This document shows positions 24,391 to 36,910 of a stretch of 40,181 bases of DNA, piece by piece. Positions within the stretch are counted from its first letter, which is position 1, and the number at the start of each line of letters is the position of its first letter. The position numbers were made by a program, and so were the translations under genes. The notes beneath the pieces are model-generated. The model worked only from the letters and a program-made list of their open reading frames with translations. It searched no databases and was not told the origin of the DNA. This stretch comes from Lama guanicoe (lineage: Eukaryota), in the NCBI GenBank assembly GCA_013239625.1, contig PNXV01002595.1:1-40181 (forward strand). Direction: 5' to 3'.

Positions 24391-25206
24391 CCTCATTGAA
24401 GTATAGTGCATTTACATTGTTCTGTTAGTTTCTGGTATACAGTAGAGTGATTCAGTTAGCATATATTTATATATTTGTTTTCATATTCTTTTTCATTGTG
24501 GGTTATTACAAGCTATTGAATATAGTTCCCTGTGCTATATGGTAGGACCTTGTCATTTATCTATTCTGTATACAGTGGTTTGTATTTGTTAATCCCACAC
24601 TGCCAGTCTGTCCCTCCCCGACCCCTTCCCCTGCCGGAAACCATAAATTTGTTTTCTATGTCTATGAGTCTTGTTTCTGTTTTGTAAATAAGTTCATTTG
24701 TGCCATATTTTTTTTTAGATTCCACATATAAGTGATATCATGACATTTGTCTTTCTCTGTCTGATTTACTTCACTTAGTATGATGATTTCTAGGTCCACC
24801 CATGTTGCTGCAAATGGCATCACTGCATTCTTGTTATGGCTGAGCAGTATTCCATTGTATAAATATACCAGAACTTTTTTATCCCGTCATCTGTTGACGG
24901 ACATTCAGGTTGCTTCTAATAGTCTTGGCTGTTGCAAACAGTGCTGCTATAAACACTGGTATGTATCTTTTCCAGTTGGAGTTTTCTCCAGATATATGCC
25001 CAGGAGTGGGATTGCTGGGTCATATGGTAAGTCCCCTTTTATTTTTTCAAGGAATCTCCATACTGTTTTCCATAGTGGCTGCACCAAATTACACTCCAAT
25101 CAACAGTGTAGGAGGGTTCCCTTTTCTCCACACCCTCTCCAACATTTATCATTTGTGGGCTTTTTCATGATGGCCATTCTGACCAGTGGGAGGTGATACC
25201 TCATTG
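24391..25206 (-). mobile_element. L1 3' fragment (ORF2 C-terminus plus 3' UTR) with TSD, inserted in an L2 relic
   Basis: Antisense L1 text ('ccaggagtgggattgctgggtcatatggtaa', 'aggtgatacctcattg'); flanks ggtaagtcttctt and ggtaagactttctt. Confidence 0.95.
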
Positions 25207-25499
25207 GTAAGACTTTCTTGATGCACTGACATAGTTTTGATTCCTTATTTACATGATCACTGTATGTATTTTACCTCTGGTAACCTCACTGCATTAAAAA
25301 CATTGTTCCTGTCTATATACCCAGAGATTCTCTTCTTGAATCCTGTCTCAGTGTTTTCATACATCCCTGCTTTTGTCTCAGACCCTCACCTGCTCTGCTA
25401 GGGTGCTGATATCTGTATTATTTGCCTTTGCTTTTGTAGCACATCTTCTCCACTGCCTCACTCCATTCTGTTTCCTCTTCCTCTTCTCATATCCCTCTC

Positions 25500-25950
25500 C
25501 ATCCGCGTGCTACTTTCAACTATAAACATGTTCTTACCATCTTTATGTTACAAAATCCGTCTTGATCTCCCCTTGCTCCTCCACTGAACTCCTTATCAGT
25601 CTCCTTTACCTGGGCTCCTAATTCCTTCGAAGAATACTTTGCACTTGCTATTTCAACTACCTTGCCATTTAGTCAATCCTTAATTATTTGCAATCTGGTC
25701 TCGAACTTGACGACTTTGCTGGCAGTTGCCTTCGCAAAGATCGTTAAGTTATTTCTTTGCAACGTGTGCGTGCACACACACACACACACATACACACACA
25801 TTCACACACCCCTCCGTGCACATGTGTGCACACACATATGTCTACACACCAGTAAGTAGATATAAGATTTTAAGCAACTCTTATCAGTCTTCATCTTTCA
25901 GCCACATTTCCTCCTTGAATTCTTGATCCCTTATCCTTCAAGACTTACAC
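25500..25950 (+). mobile_element. L2 ORF2 internal relic containing a CA-rich tract
   Basis: 'tgcaatctggtctc...ttgccttcgcaaagatcgttaag' resembles the L2 RT QSGF...ALxKV region. Confidence 0.45.
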
Positions 25951-27829
25951 GCTCCTCATTCTGGCTGAGAGGCAGTAGAATGAAGGACGGCAGATGACAC
26001 TTGCCTGACACTTACGATTAATTGCTGTTCTCTCTTACGCCCAGAGCATGCTAAAAGCCTCTGACTGGGAGGCCATTCTCTGATTTGACTACATCCTTCT
26101 GTTCCCACCCATGAGATCCACACTCATCAAGAGTAAGTTGTGGTTATGGCAAACACATTTTTGCCATTTCAGGCTTTTTATTATAGAGGCACATTCTAAC
26201 TATAATATGTAAACCAACAAAACATGAAGGCAAAAGAAATATAATTATTTCTTTCACAGAAACTAAATTGAAAAGATTTGATAAAGGCAATTTGCAAGAA
26301 ACAAAACACAACAGACCCTGTTGAATTAGAGTGAGACATTCGTTGTAGGAGAAAAAAAATCATAAAATTCATGACTCTGGACTTGGTTGTGCTCTCTAAA
26401 TACTCATACACCCCCTTTAGGCCTCCCTGGAAGCCCCCGATCTGCCTGCCCAGTCTCAGTGACGGCCCCTTGGCTTGGGTTTCTGGTACTCATGGTCCCT
26501 GGGCTCCAGGCCTAAGATGCTGCCCACTTGTCTGGAATGTTCAAATGCTGTGTTGTGTCTTGTGCCTACTCTGACTGCCTTCTGAATGCCTCAGCCCACT
26601 GTATCCTCCATATACTGGTGGATGTGTTGCCTGTGAAGTGTCTCCAAGAGGGACTGCAATTTTGACTTTCTGGAAATATCACCACTGCTTCTGACCCAGG
26701 CGTGGAACAGTGCCCCCTGGATGCCAGACAGAGCACTGCCTGCCCCCTTCCCTCACCTAGGTAGGCGGACACCCTATGCATTTCTCGGTGATCTGTCTGT
26801 CTCCCTTGCGACAGAGGGCTCAGCATGGCTTTTGCCTTTGTCAACTCACTTGGTGGTAGTTAGCAGCTGCTGAATTATTTAGGATGAACTGGTTGGTCTC
26901 ATTTAATGAGCCCCAAGGGCAGGCAATGCATGGGACAGCCACACTCCACAGCAGACAGAGACGAAAAGCGGGGTTTAGCTGCCACTTGAGATTGACACAG
27001 GGAGGAAGCCTGAGAGAGGTCATGGCCTGGGTCAGCTCGTGGTGAGCCTGTGGTCAAGAGGCAGAGAGGGGTAAGTCTGCAATGCATAGTGGCCGTAGAA
27101 GAGAAAGCACAGCACAGGCAAATCAAGCGTCCCTACAAGCGTAGGATATGTGAGTGTTAACATTCCCCATGAAAAAGGAGACCAAGAAAAAGAAGAAAGG
27201 ATGAACATATGGAAAAATCAGCAGGGAAAACACAGTGATTCTTTCCTCGCGAGGAGCTGAAAAATTAATGGTAGGAGGTGGGCGTGTTGTTAATGAAGAA
27301 AATAGCAAAGACCCTTATGGAAATGGTGAGTGAGGTCAGCGAGAGGAGCTGAAGGGACTTTGTAACCACCCCACATCCTCATGGACACTGAAGTCAGGAG
27401 TGAGAGTTTAGGAACCATACAGAGTGCAATTATGTGTGATACTAATGGAAAAGGAAAAAGCAATCTTTGGGGGGTGATTCACACAGTGAGTAATTGACTC
27501 TGGGTTTGGATTGTAATTGCAGCGACGGCACCTCTGGACAAGATGATGAGGCTTTAGGGGGCTGCAGTCAGGCAGGTCTCTGATCCAGCAGCTTCCTGGG
27601 GGAGCCAGTGGAGCTTTACAGGGCGGAACCCGGCCCCGTCCTTACCTGTCGTCCTGACCCCGGAGCCTGAACGCCCAGCACGCTGACACACGGCCTCACA
27701 AAGGCAGGTCAACACAAGGATGGGCAGGAGATTGAAGCAATGATTTCTGTGTGTAGGATGGGCCTGGGGGAAGAATTCACAGCAGCTCAAGACTTTGTGG
27801 ACTCCCACAGGTTTCCACAACCTGCTGAA

Positions 27830-28200
27830 TTCAAGACGGCCACTCTCCTCGCTCTCAAAGCCGCGATTTACCCACTTCATGCCTTGGCTCACGCTATTCT
27901 CCCCAAAGTGAGAGGCACTCCCTTCCTCCAACAGGCCCCTTCCAAGGTTAAGAACAACTGCAGCTTCTTCAGTAAGCGCCTTCCAGCTGCTCTGACCCAC
28001 AGAGCCCCTCTCTTCCACAGTTTCCTTCAGTCCTTGGGGTCCAGTAAGCAGCAGTGCCATCATTGATTACAGTTTGAGTCTTACCACCCTAAAAGATCAT
28101 ATAAGCCTCTTAAAAGCCAGCGCTGTATCCCCAACAACAGCCAGCACAGACTAGAGGCATTAATTGCCTAGTGCATACATATTGATCAATTGATTCTTTA
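27830..28200 (+). mobile_element. L2 3' relic
   Basis: 'catgccttggctcacgctattctcc...ccttccaagg...cttcttcagtaagc'. Confidence 0.5.
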
Positions 28201-28339
28201 GCTCACTTAACACTTGCACATTACTTGGCTTAGGTATTTGATGGCTAGGAAAAATTCCGTGCAAGTCAAACTGATTTTACGCTAATTGATGATGAACAGA
28301 AATGAGACAAATAGCTTCTTCGGAGCCATCAAGATATAC

Positions 28340-29040
28340 TTGAAAAAATAAAATGGCCAATCACAGAAAAAAAAAGATATTAAACCTCACTAGTAATCAA
28401 GAAATTGTATTTTTAAACAAGGAAATGCCATTTTTCACACAGATTTTGAAAACAGGAAAAAAGAACACTGATGTGGGGAGATGGACATTAACACATATTA
28501 TATACTTTGGTGGGATTTAAATAAAATCTTTTTGGAACTTAATCTAATGGCTTTTTTTTTTCGCCCCAAAATTAGCCATTCTACTTTTATGAACCTACTC
28601 TACGGAGAAATGAATACTCGGACCAAAAGTATAAATATCAAAGAGGCTTTTTGCCTAAGGGAAAAATTGAAATCAAGCTAAATGCCCATCAGTAATCTGT
28701 TGCTTAAATAAATCCTGAGAGGTGTCCATTATTACAGGACACCGTGAAACTAAAAAGATTGAAGGAAACTGATGAGGAAGGACCATCCAGGTACATGCGT
28801 AGGCAATAAATTAAGCAACTCATCAGAATTGTATATATATGTAAATGATTCCATTTAGGTTTTGAATTGGTATGAATGTATCTATGTACATGAATACGTA
28901 ACTGTATCTACGCGTTTAAATGCACAGAAAGAGAGCTGAAAGGATGTGTAATACAGTGTCACTAGCAGTTAGCATCCTCCACAGAATGGAACTGGATAGG
29001 AGGGGAAATGGAGAAGCGCTTCGTTCGTTTCCATACAAAT
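28340..29040 (+). mobile_element. Old L1ME-type ORF2 end / 3' UTR
   Basis: 'aaatggccaat...aacctcactagtaatcaagaaat...ctaaatgcccatcagta...ttaaataaat'. Confidence 0.75.
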
Positions 29041-30399
29041 ATAGAGTTGAACACGAACTAGTGGACTAGATCCAGGGGGCTTCAGTGCAACCCATCAAGA
29101 CAAGTTTTCCGCCTATGCAACGTGTCAAGGACAGTCTGCCCAGATGTGGGATGGGGGCTGCTTCAGCCGGCATCCGCACTGCATCCTACTGGGAGCATCA
29201 AGGACCCCTGAATTCAGGTCACCCAGGGGACACCATCGCCTTCCCACCCTCAAAAGCTGCTCCTGCCATTCCACACTTCAGTCCTGTTCTTGGTCAGGGC
29301 CCTTGTGCTGCCTCCATCCGCACTGATCTCACCTGCTCAGAACTCCTATGGCTTATGTCTGCATCAATCAGTTGACAATTAATTATGAATGACTTGGTGA
29401 CTCGGAGGGGTACCCTTCAAATGCACTACCAAGCGACTCCTACATCGCAATGTTTACCTTTGCCTGTCTGACTCAAGCAAGTAGCGGAAATACAGAAGCT
29501 GAGTCTGTCTTTCCCCCTACTTTGTTTCCATTTTTCTTAACTCCCATTTCCCCACCAGTCTGGGATTGCCCTGCTCAGAATGAGAACGCAAAGGACTCGC
29601 TGAGGTGGAGGGCAGGGATCCTTCTCCCGACGTGGAGGTCACGGTTCCCCGCAAGGTGCACAGGCAATGTGGCGCCTGAATTAACACGAAGGCCTTCTTC
29701 TCTGGTGGACCTCAGAGCAACAGAGGAACTAAACACCCGCCCCGCGGTAAACTGAACTCGGCAAATCAGAGAGCCTAAAATCTCACAGGCGAGCTCAGCT
29801 TGGGTTATGCAACCATGTGGAAAATAAACACGGTAGTAACTCAAGTCCCATTTCAAGTGTTAATTCGGGGAACTGTGTCTCTGAGCTTAAAGAGCTGGGA
29901 AAGGAGCTCCTGTGAGTCAGTCAGTGAGTGCTAATCCACTGCTCGGGCTCCACTCAAAGGCAGGTCAGACCGTCTAGGACCCTAGCTGGCCCCAGGGCAG
30001 GGTGGACTCTACTCAACGGGGCCACTTCCCAGGGCTTCTGATCGCTGGGCCCTTGGAAAGGAAGCCGGGTGGGGGCTGTACAGACTCTCTAGGTCCTCTG
30101 GGTCTTCCCTGTTCTCCTACCCTCTCTGCTTTTACTCAACTGTCTTCACTCCCCAGCCTCCTCCAACTCCTTCCTAGAATTTCATAATAGATGCACAATA
30201 CATTTTTAATGAATGAAATTAACATTTTGGCAATATTATAGAGGTAAAAGCTCTGCCTTGGACTAAATGTGAAATGTGGAGATACTGCCTAAAATTGAGG
30301 TGTCATAGGAGAAAGAGAGAGAGGGAGAGAGGGAGGGAGGGAGGGAGGGAGGGACTGAGACTGGGAGCAATGTTTGATTGGAATTCTGGAAGTCTGTAG

Positions 30400-31060
30400 T
30401 GGAAGAGCAGAAGGCGATAATAGATAGGCGGACATGAGGAAGGTCATAAAGGGTTATATATCCACACTGAGAAATCTGAGTTTATCATCCAAAGAGCCCG
30501 TGAAAGATTTTTAAATAGGGAAATGGCATGATGAAAGGTTTGTTTTAGGAGGCTATCCCATGATAGTGTAGATGGTAGATTGGGGTTTAATAACTTTGGC
30601 AAAAGAACCAGCCCTAGACAACTGCAGTGGTCCCCGGCTGAGGACCTGTGCTGGGCAGGGCTGGTGCTGCAGGTGAGGGGCGATCTGGAAGGTATTGGGT
30701 GGGACTGTGAGAGCCCCGCACCTGGAGGGGCAGGCGAGGTGGGAAGACTGACAGGGTGTGACCTGGGGGCTAGGCGGGTGACTGTAAGACACAGAGTCCA
30801 CGTGGTTGGGTGGGAAAAAAGGGGGTTCCGTTTGGGACACGGTAATTCTGAGGTGCTGTGTGGGAACATAAGGCAGGGTGCTCAAAGCGCAAGTCCGGGG
30901 CCCCGCCACGTAGGCTGCGCTGAGTTTAGAGAAGTGAGAGTAATGGATTAAGAGACAGGACTGAAGCCCAGAGAGCAATGAGGGCGCCCAGAGGGGAGTC
31001 AAGCAAGAAAAGATTAAGGATGCAAACCCCTAAGAACACTCAATTCTTAAGTCAGGCAGA
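30400..31060 (-). mobile_element. L2 fragment
   Basis: 'aagatttttaaatagggaaatggcatgat...tgttttagga', 'gttccgtttgggacacggtaattctgaggtgc'. Confidence 0.7.
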
Positions 31061-31836
31061 AAAAAATAAGTCCCTTTTGACTTTGCCTTTCATCTGTCTT
31101 ATTTAATTTACATTTAATTAATGTCCTGGATTTCCTTACATCTCAGAAGACTCACCTCCCCTTTCCAGTGCCCAATGCCACCTCACGCCCAGGCACGGCT
31201 CTCAGGCTCACTTTTCTTATCTCTGCCGACACCATATCTTGATGCGTTCTCTTTTCTTCGTGCCTCCCCTGGCATTGCATTAAGACCCTCTGAGTATTTT
31301 TCATTTCCTAGGAGCATTTACGGGCAGAGGGGGTGAGACTGGGATCCTCTGAAGCTGCGGAGGTTGAGACAAAAGTCAATCCCATTGCTTAGAAATTAGC
31401 ATCAAATAAGAAACAATTCTCTACCCCGATCCTCTCTGGTGATAGTTTCAAATCTATAGTCAGTGCTTTCTCGGTCTTACAGGTACTATGATGTCTACAT
31501 CAAAGGCGCCTCAGCCCAGGGAGCTGAAACCTCACATGTTTCCAGTGTGATTAAGGCTTTCGACATAATTTCAACACACTCTCTAGATAAATGAATGCCA
31601 ATTCATCTGAATCTACGATACTAGGATTTAAAACACTAATGAATAAAACAAAATAACATTTCCATACAAGATTTGCAGATGTTTCCCCACATACTCAGAA
31701 TACACCCATGCATGTACACAGCTCAGAGACGATTCTTATTCCAAAAATCTATCTGAGGCAGAGCCAGGGCTGCCATACAAGACCCAAGCTTACCATAGCA
31801 AACCCAGCCGTGCCGATTTCAGAGAAAGACCCTGTC

Positions 31837-32125
31837 CATGTAGTGACAATTTTACCTCTTCTCTTCTAATCTGGATCCCTTTTATTCTTTTTTTTTTTCT
31901 TGTCTGATTGCTGTGGCTAGGACTTTCCATACTATGCTGAATAGAAGCAGTGCAAGTGAGCATCTTTGTCTTGTTTCAAATTTCAGTGGGAAGGCTTTCA
32001 ACTTTTGACCACTGAGCACTATGCTGGCTGTGGGTTTGTCACAAATAGCTTTTATTATGTTGAGATATGGTCCCGCTACACCCACTTTAGTAAGAGTTTT
32101 TATCAGGAATGTATGTTGAATTTTA
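31837..32125 (-). mobile_element. L1 ORF2 RT-domain fragment (inverted 5' portion)
   Basis: Minus-strand translation [67 protein letters not shown]. Confidence 0.95.
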
Positions 32126-32476
32126 GCACAGTGAACTACATTAAATAGCTTGTAATAACCTACAATGAAAAAGAATATAAAAAAGAATATGTAGGTATAA
32201 CTGAATCACTATGCTGCACACCAGGAATTAATACAGTATTGTTTATTATTTTATTTTATTTTGGCAGGGGTGGGGGAGGTAATTAGGTTTTTTTAAACTT
32301 ATTTTTAGAGGAAATACTGGGGATTGAACCCAGAACCTCATGCGTACTAAGCATGCACTCTACCACTTGAGCTATACCCTCCCGCACAATATTGTAAATC
32401 AACTATACTTCAATCGAAAAAGAAAAAAATCTCAATAAAGTCACCAGATTAAAAAAAAGAAGAAGAAGAAGAAGAA
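32124..32476 (+). mobile_element. L1 3' UTR terminus with A tails, split by a SINE
   Basis: tagcacagtgaactacattaaatagcttgtaataacc...[SINE]...ttgtaaatcaactatacttcaat. Confidence 0.9.
32242..32384 (-). mobile_element. tRNA-Ala-derived camelid SINE (Vic-1 type) nested in L1
   Basis: Reverse complement is gggagggtatagctcaagtggtagagtgcatgcttagtacgcatgaggttctgggttcaatccccagt; TSD acagtattgt/acaatattgt. Confidence 0.92.
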
Positions 32477-32919
32477 TCTGTGAACATTCCTTCCATCTCT
32501 CTGCTTCCCCAGCTGACAGGGAGGGTAAGTCTTTCTGCAGCTCATGCATCACAAGGCAGCTGGTATCTTGAAATCTACTGGAATGAAAACTGTACCCTCA
32601 GGTGGGCCCAGAGGGCAGGATGCTGTAACTGCAGAGACAGGGGAGGCATTCCTTTGTTCAAGCAGAGGGGAAAGCGTTTCTAAAGGAGATCAACAATGCT
32701 GAAACGCGGAAGTACAGAGCAAGCAGAGGAACTGGCCAGAAATCTAAACACACCGTGAGAAAGAACAAAGGGAAATGAGAAGAACGGCTCCAGCACCTCC
32801 AAACCTGACTGGAGAAAGCACTGGGAGAGGGAGCTCATTTCAGAGTGCAAAAGGACCACTCTTTCTAGTAAATAGATGTGATGAATTTTAAAACACGAGA
32901 CTCAGAGGCCAAAAAGGCA

Positions 32920-33200
32920 TCGCGGAGGGGAAGTGGCGGGGAAGCACCGAGTGCTCTAGGACTGCAGGAGGAAGGAGAGAGGAGGCTGATTGGGGGTGAA
33001 GTCCAAGTCGGGAGCCTCAGGGAGCAGCCGGGAGCCCTGGCCTGAGCCGTCCAGGTTTGCCCTGCAGCAGTGGCCCAGCGCCCCTCGGAGGCTGCCTGTC
33101 AATCACGCCCCCGCGGGAGCCCGGCTGTGTGAGAACCCTCCTTCCCAAGGCGCCGCTTCCATTATCCTCGCTAAACCTGCCTCCGCCGTAGGGATGCACG
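32920..33200. promoter_or_regulatory. Small GC/CpG-rich patch
   Basis: Visibly higher CpG density (cgcgg, ccccgcggg, ggcgccgc) than the flanks; no recognisable repeat. Confidence 0.35.
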
Positions 33201-35529
33201 CAGATTGCTCACATTAAGAAGCAAATTGATTATGAACTGAGTTTTGTCTACCAACAATTTTTAATATGTAATCTTGTCATGAGTGAACGAAAGTCATTAA
33301 TAATACAGTAAGCAAAATGTGCTACAGTTAACCTTAAATTATAACTTACAAAGAGCATTCTTGCAGTTTCTTCTTTGATTTATGAGCTCAGTTTATTCTA
33401 TGCAAATTCATGCACAGTTTCTAATAAGAGGGAGGAGGAAAGATAAAGGAGCTTTGAATATTTTATAAGCTTTTCCCACTTACCTTAATTTAGAATTATG
33501 AGGCTGAATATGTAAGTAGAGAATAATTACCTATTACTAGTCTCCCACATAGTTTATCTATTTCAGCTCTGAACATCCTGAGCAATGCAAAGCATAACTG
33601 TTTTACTACCTGTACCACTGTGAGTATGGTAATTAGGCCTCCTTCAGCGTTACTTGTTGCTGACACATGAGAAGACAGACATTGTAATATAACCAGACAG
33701 TCCTGCTCTGTTGTTTAATATCCCTTTATAAAACCATCGACCGGATGTTCAATATTTCATTCATCGCACATAAACTGTGAACTTTTTAAAGAGGTCTGTG
33801 CCCTGAAAAGTCTCCTTGCCTTTCTTCCCCCACTGCCAGCTTCTCTGAGCTCCAGAAATAAGGAATTAAGTAAACAAGAGTTCTATTGGAAGTTTCGAGG
33901 TGAGATTGATGGCCCCAAAGAGAGAGGGCAGGTTCCAAGAGCAGGATGCAGCTCTGCCCATCTCCTCACCCTCCTCTCCACCCACGGCAACCCCTCCTCA
34001 CACACACACGCGCGCACACACACACCCACACACATGCACACTCTGCCCCACCTCTCCACTCCCCCACCCACAGGCACAGGCCATGGCGATGTCAGGGTCA
34101 AGGCGGGAAGAGGAATAAAGAAAACACAGGGTTTAGGAGACCTGCCAAAGAAAAGCTGAAAGGGATGAGGTTCGTATGCCTCCAGGTACAAAAGTGGCTG
34201 CTCAATTGTAAACAGATCACAAGTGAAAGGAAATGCATTTCAGGGATCACCAGGCCTTGACTAGGTCAAGAGAGGACGTGGGTGACTGGAGACCCCAAGG
34301 CAAGGAGGCGACTTCCAGGGAGGGGCAGTGGATTCTCGGAGAAGGGCTCCCTCCACGCAGCCCTTAGGTGTGTGCTTAGAAACAGCAGCCTGGATGCGGC
34401 GGCACCTGGCCGTGCCCAGACTCCAGGATGCACACCACTCTCCTCAGGAAGTCGCTGGCAACAGTGACTTTGTTTTTAAGAAATCTGGACCTGGAAGGAA
34501 TATTGAAACTGACCAGCCCACTTAATTTAGGAAATGGGATGAAACGGACGCCCATCTCTCCAGGACCCGTGCGCACAGATGGATTCGGAGCACGAGGAAG
34601 GAAGACGGTCCTGGCCTCCCCGCTCATCATCCGAGTCAGCGGAGCCCCCACTTGAAGGGCTGCAGACTCTCAGATTTGTTTTGTCTTCTTAGATTACCAA
34701 CAGAAACTCCTAAGCACCCAGTGATGTGCTGAATTATCTGAAAAATAACATGGATTGAGAGTGAACTGCTCTTCGAATTAGTTAAGGGCTCAAGGCAAAT
34801 GCGGTGCTGGGGTTTCCTCTTCTATCACAGTAAACGCTGATCAAATTTAAGAGAAGGAGCAGGCGGCTTCCAATAAAGAAATAAAAAGGGTTTTTCTCTC
34901 CCGGTAAATTGTATCATTGGATTTTGTGATAATTAGGACTTCATATTGTATTATAGTGATGGTGTCAGACCAACAGCCAAACAGAATTAATGAGTTAAAT
35001 ATCTGTCAGGGAAGCTTCAGGTCTGATTAAAGGCACTGCAGTGTGTGTGTGTGCGTGTCTACTTCTCTTCTCTCTTTGTTTTTTTTCATCGTGGTTGGCA
35101 TATTGAATTGTCAGAGAGACCATCATACTATTAGCGTCAACTATCAATGAGTCAAAACATTAAAATCCCTTCTCTTGATCATGGGAGAGAATAATAATGA
35201 CATAATAAGAAAAGGAGAAGCTACACTAAGATGAACATTTAAAACATTCTCTTTGGTGTTTGATGTAAGTGAATGAGGGAGTGAATTATGCCTCCATCCT
35301 TCATTCCTGTCCAGCTCCTGCTTCAAAACAACTAGGTAATTTTGTGACATGAAAGTCCCCACTAGTGAGTTGATTCTGGGGAATGTGAAATTCACCAAGG
35401 TGGACCCTGCCTTCCACTTTGCATATACTGTTCATTTCATCCTAGGTCAGCCCTGTGGGTCTATCCTGTTGTTCTAATTTCAGGTGAGGAAATGCGACAT
35501 CAAACGGAACTGCCCATCCTTTATTCTAA

Positions 35530-36170
35530 TAACTAATATTTCTTCAACACCTTCCCCAAGTCTAATTACATACCAAGCACAGATTAAGCAAAGATGTAAC
35601 AGAAGGGGAAAGTGTCACCCGGACATAAAGGATGTCAGAGTGAAGTTACAGTTATAAAGAAAAATAGGAGGGGAAATAGATTAAAAAAAAAAAACCTAAA
35701 CACAGAAGAGGGAAAAAACGATGTGGCACAATGTAATATCAGAGCTGTCACAACGCATTACATAGTTGATTGTCAAATGAGTGGCAGAGATAGAAACTGC
35801 TATTGGTTTGAAAAGGGAAGAAAAGATTGTGGGCTAAAGTGGTCTGAGGAGATTGGAGGAGGAGAGGAGAGCTGACCTTGGTCAGGAAGGATGAGCAGGA
35901 TCTGGGTAAGACAAGAAGGTCAATAGGACAGGACAGGGCGTCTCAGACGGGGAACGGGGAACGGGAGAGAAACGTCTGCGGGGCGCAGGCACCAGTTCAT
36001 GCAGGATGGAGAGGAGGGTTCATACAAACAGACGCTGAGTCGTCAGCAGGAAGAGGCTGCTTGGGGGTGTGCAGCAGAGTAGCCTTGACGAGGACAGAGA
36101 AGAATCTGAATTGTATTCTTTTAGAAAGATGGAATTGCCCTCATTTTAATCAGATCTATTTGGACCCCGG
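35530..36170 (-). mobile_element. L2 relic
   Basis: Purine-rich; 'actaatatttcttcaacacc', 'ggagagctgaccttggtcaggaaggatgagcaggat', 'gaatctgaattgtattctttta'. Confidence 0.55.
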
Positions 36171-36304
36171 CTTGCAGTTAACGGCCCTAATCATGGATCA
36201 CGTGGACTGGTAGCTTTGTACTCGGCCTCTCAAATAGCATTCTCCATCATTACCAAGACGCTCATACGAAATACTTTCATAAGTGGCTTCATACTCCACA
36301 AACT

Positions 36305-36910
36305 CAGTGGCTTCCAACAGTTTTTGATCATATACACCCATCAGGAAAAAACTGAGCGTACTGCTCCCATATAAATAAATATTATAGACAGATGAATAAA
36401 CACACATACATACAGATGTACAGACTGTAAATTAATATGCTACACTCGTCATAAAGCTTACATTAAACTGTAATTTTTTTAATGAGAAACAAATGAAATA
36501 ATATTTACATTTTTATTTTATTCTGTAATCGTAATTTGACGTTAGCCTTTTGCTGAAGTTGAGCAAATTATTCCTGGTAATATTTTCAGTGAAAGACTTG
36601 AGAGTGAATATGCTCTTTATTTCTGAGAGTCTGGGTTTAATACGTCATGATGGAACAGCTGGAAGGTCCAGCAGTGATTTCAGTTTAGTTACATCCTTGG
36701 TTTTCAGGGCCGCTCTGACTGTAAAGACACAAGATGCCCACGAATTCACTTTTCAATCGTCTGTACCCAGTGAGCAAATGTACGGAATTGCGCTCATCAA
36801 TTTCTAGCTTGTCTAATTGTCAAGCAGGTTAGAAGAATGTTCCTGATGTTCTCAGGGTGCTTATATGAGAGTTTTAATCATCAGTTTTGGCAACAGTGTC
36901 ACACAGGGAT
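36305..36910 (-). mobile_element. hAT-Charlie transposon fragment with transposase C-terminal remnant
   Basis: TIR-like cagtggcttccaac; minus-strand remnant ALKTKDVTKLKSLLDL...IKPRLSEI resembles the Charlie IKTKYRNKL..EPDLR...KPR motif. Confidence 0.65.

Noticed and set aside
24780..25196. 138-aa plus-strand ORF
   Set aside because: Antisense frame of L1 ORF2/3' UTR, a common source of spurious hypothetical proteins.
30444..31002. Three overlapping ORFs of 120-150 aa
   Set aside because: They lie within a GC-rich decayed L2 and are chance frames.
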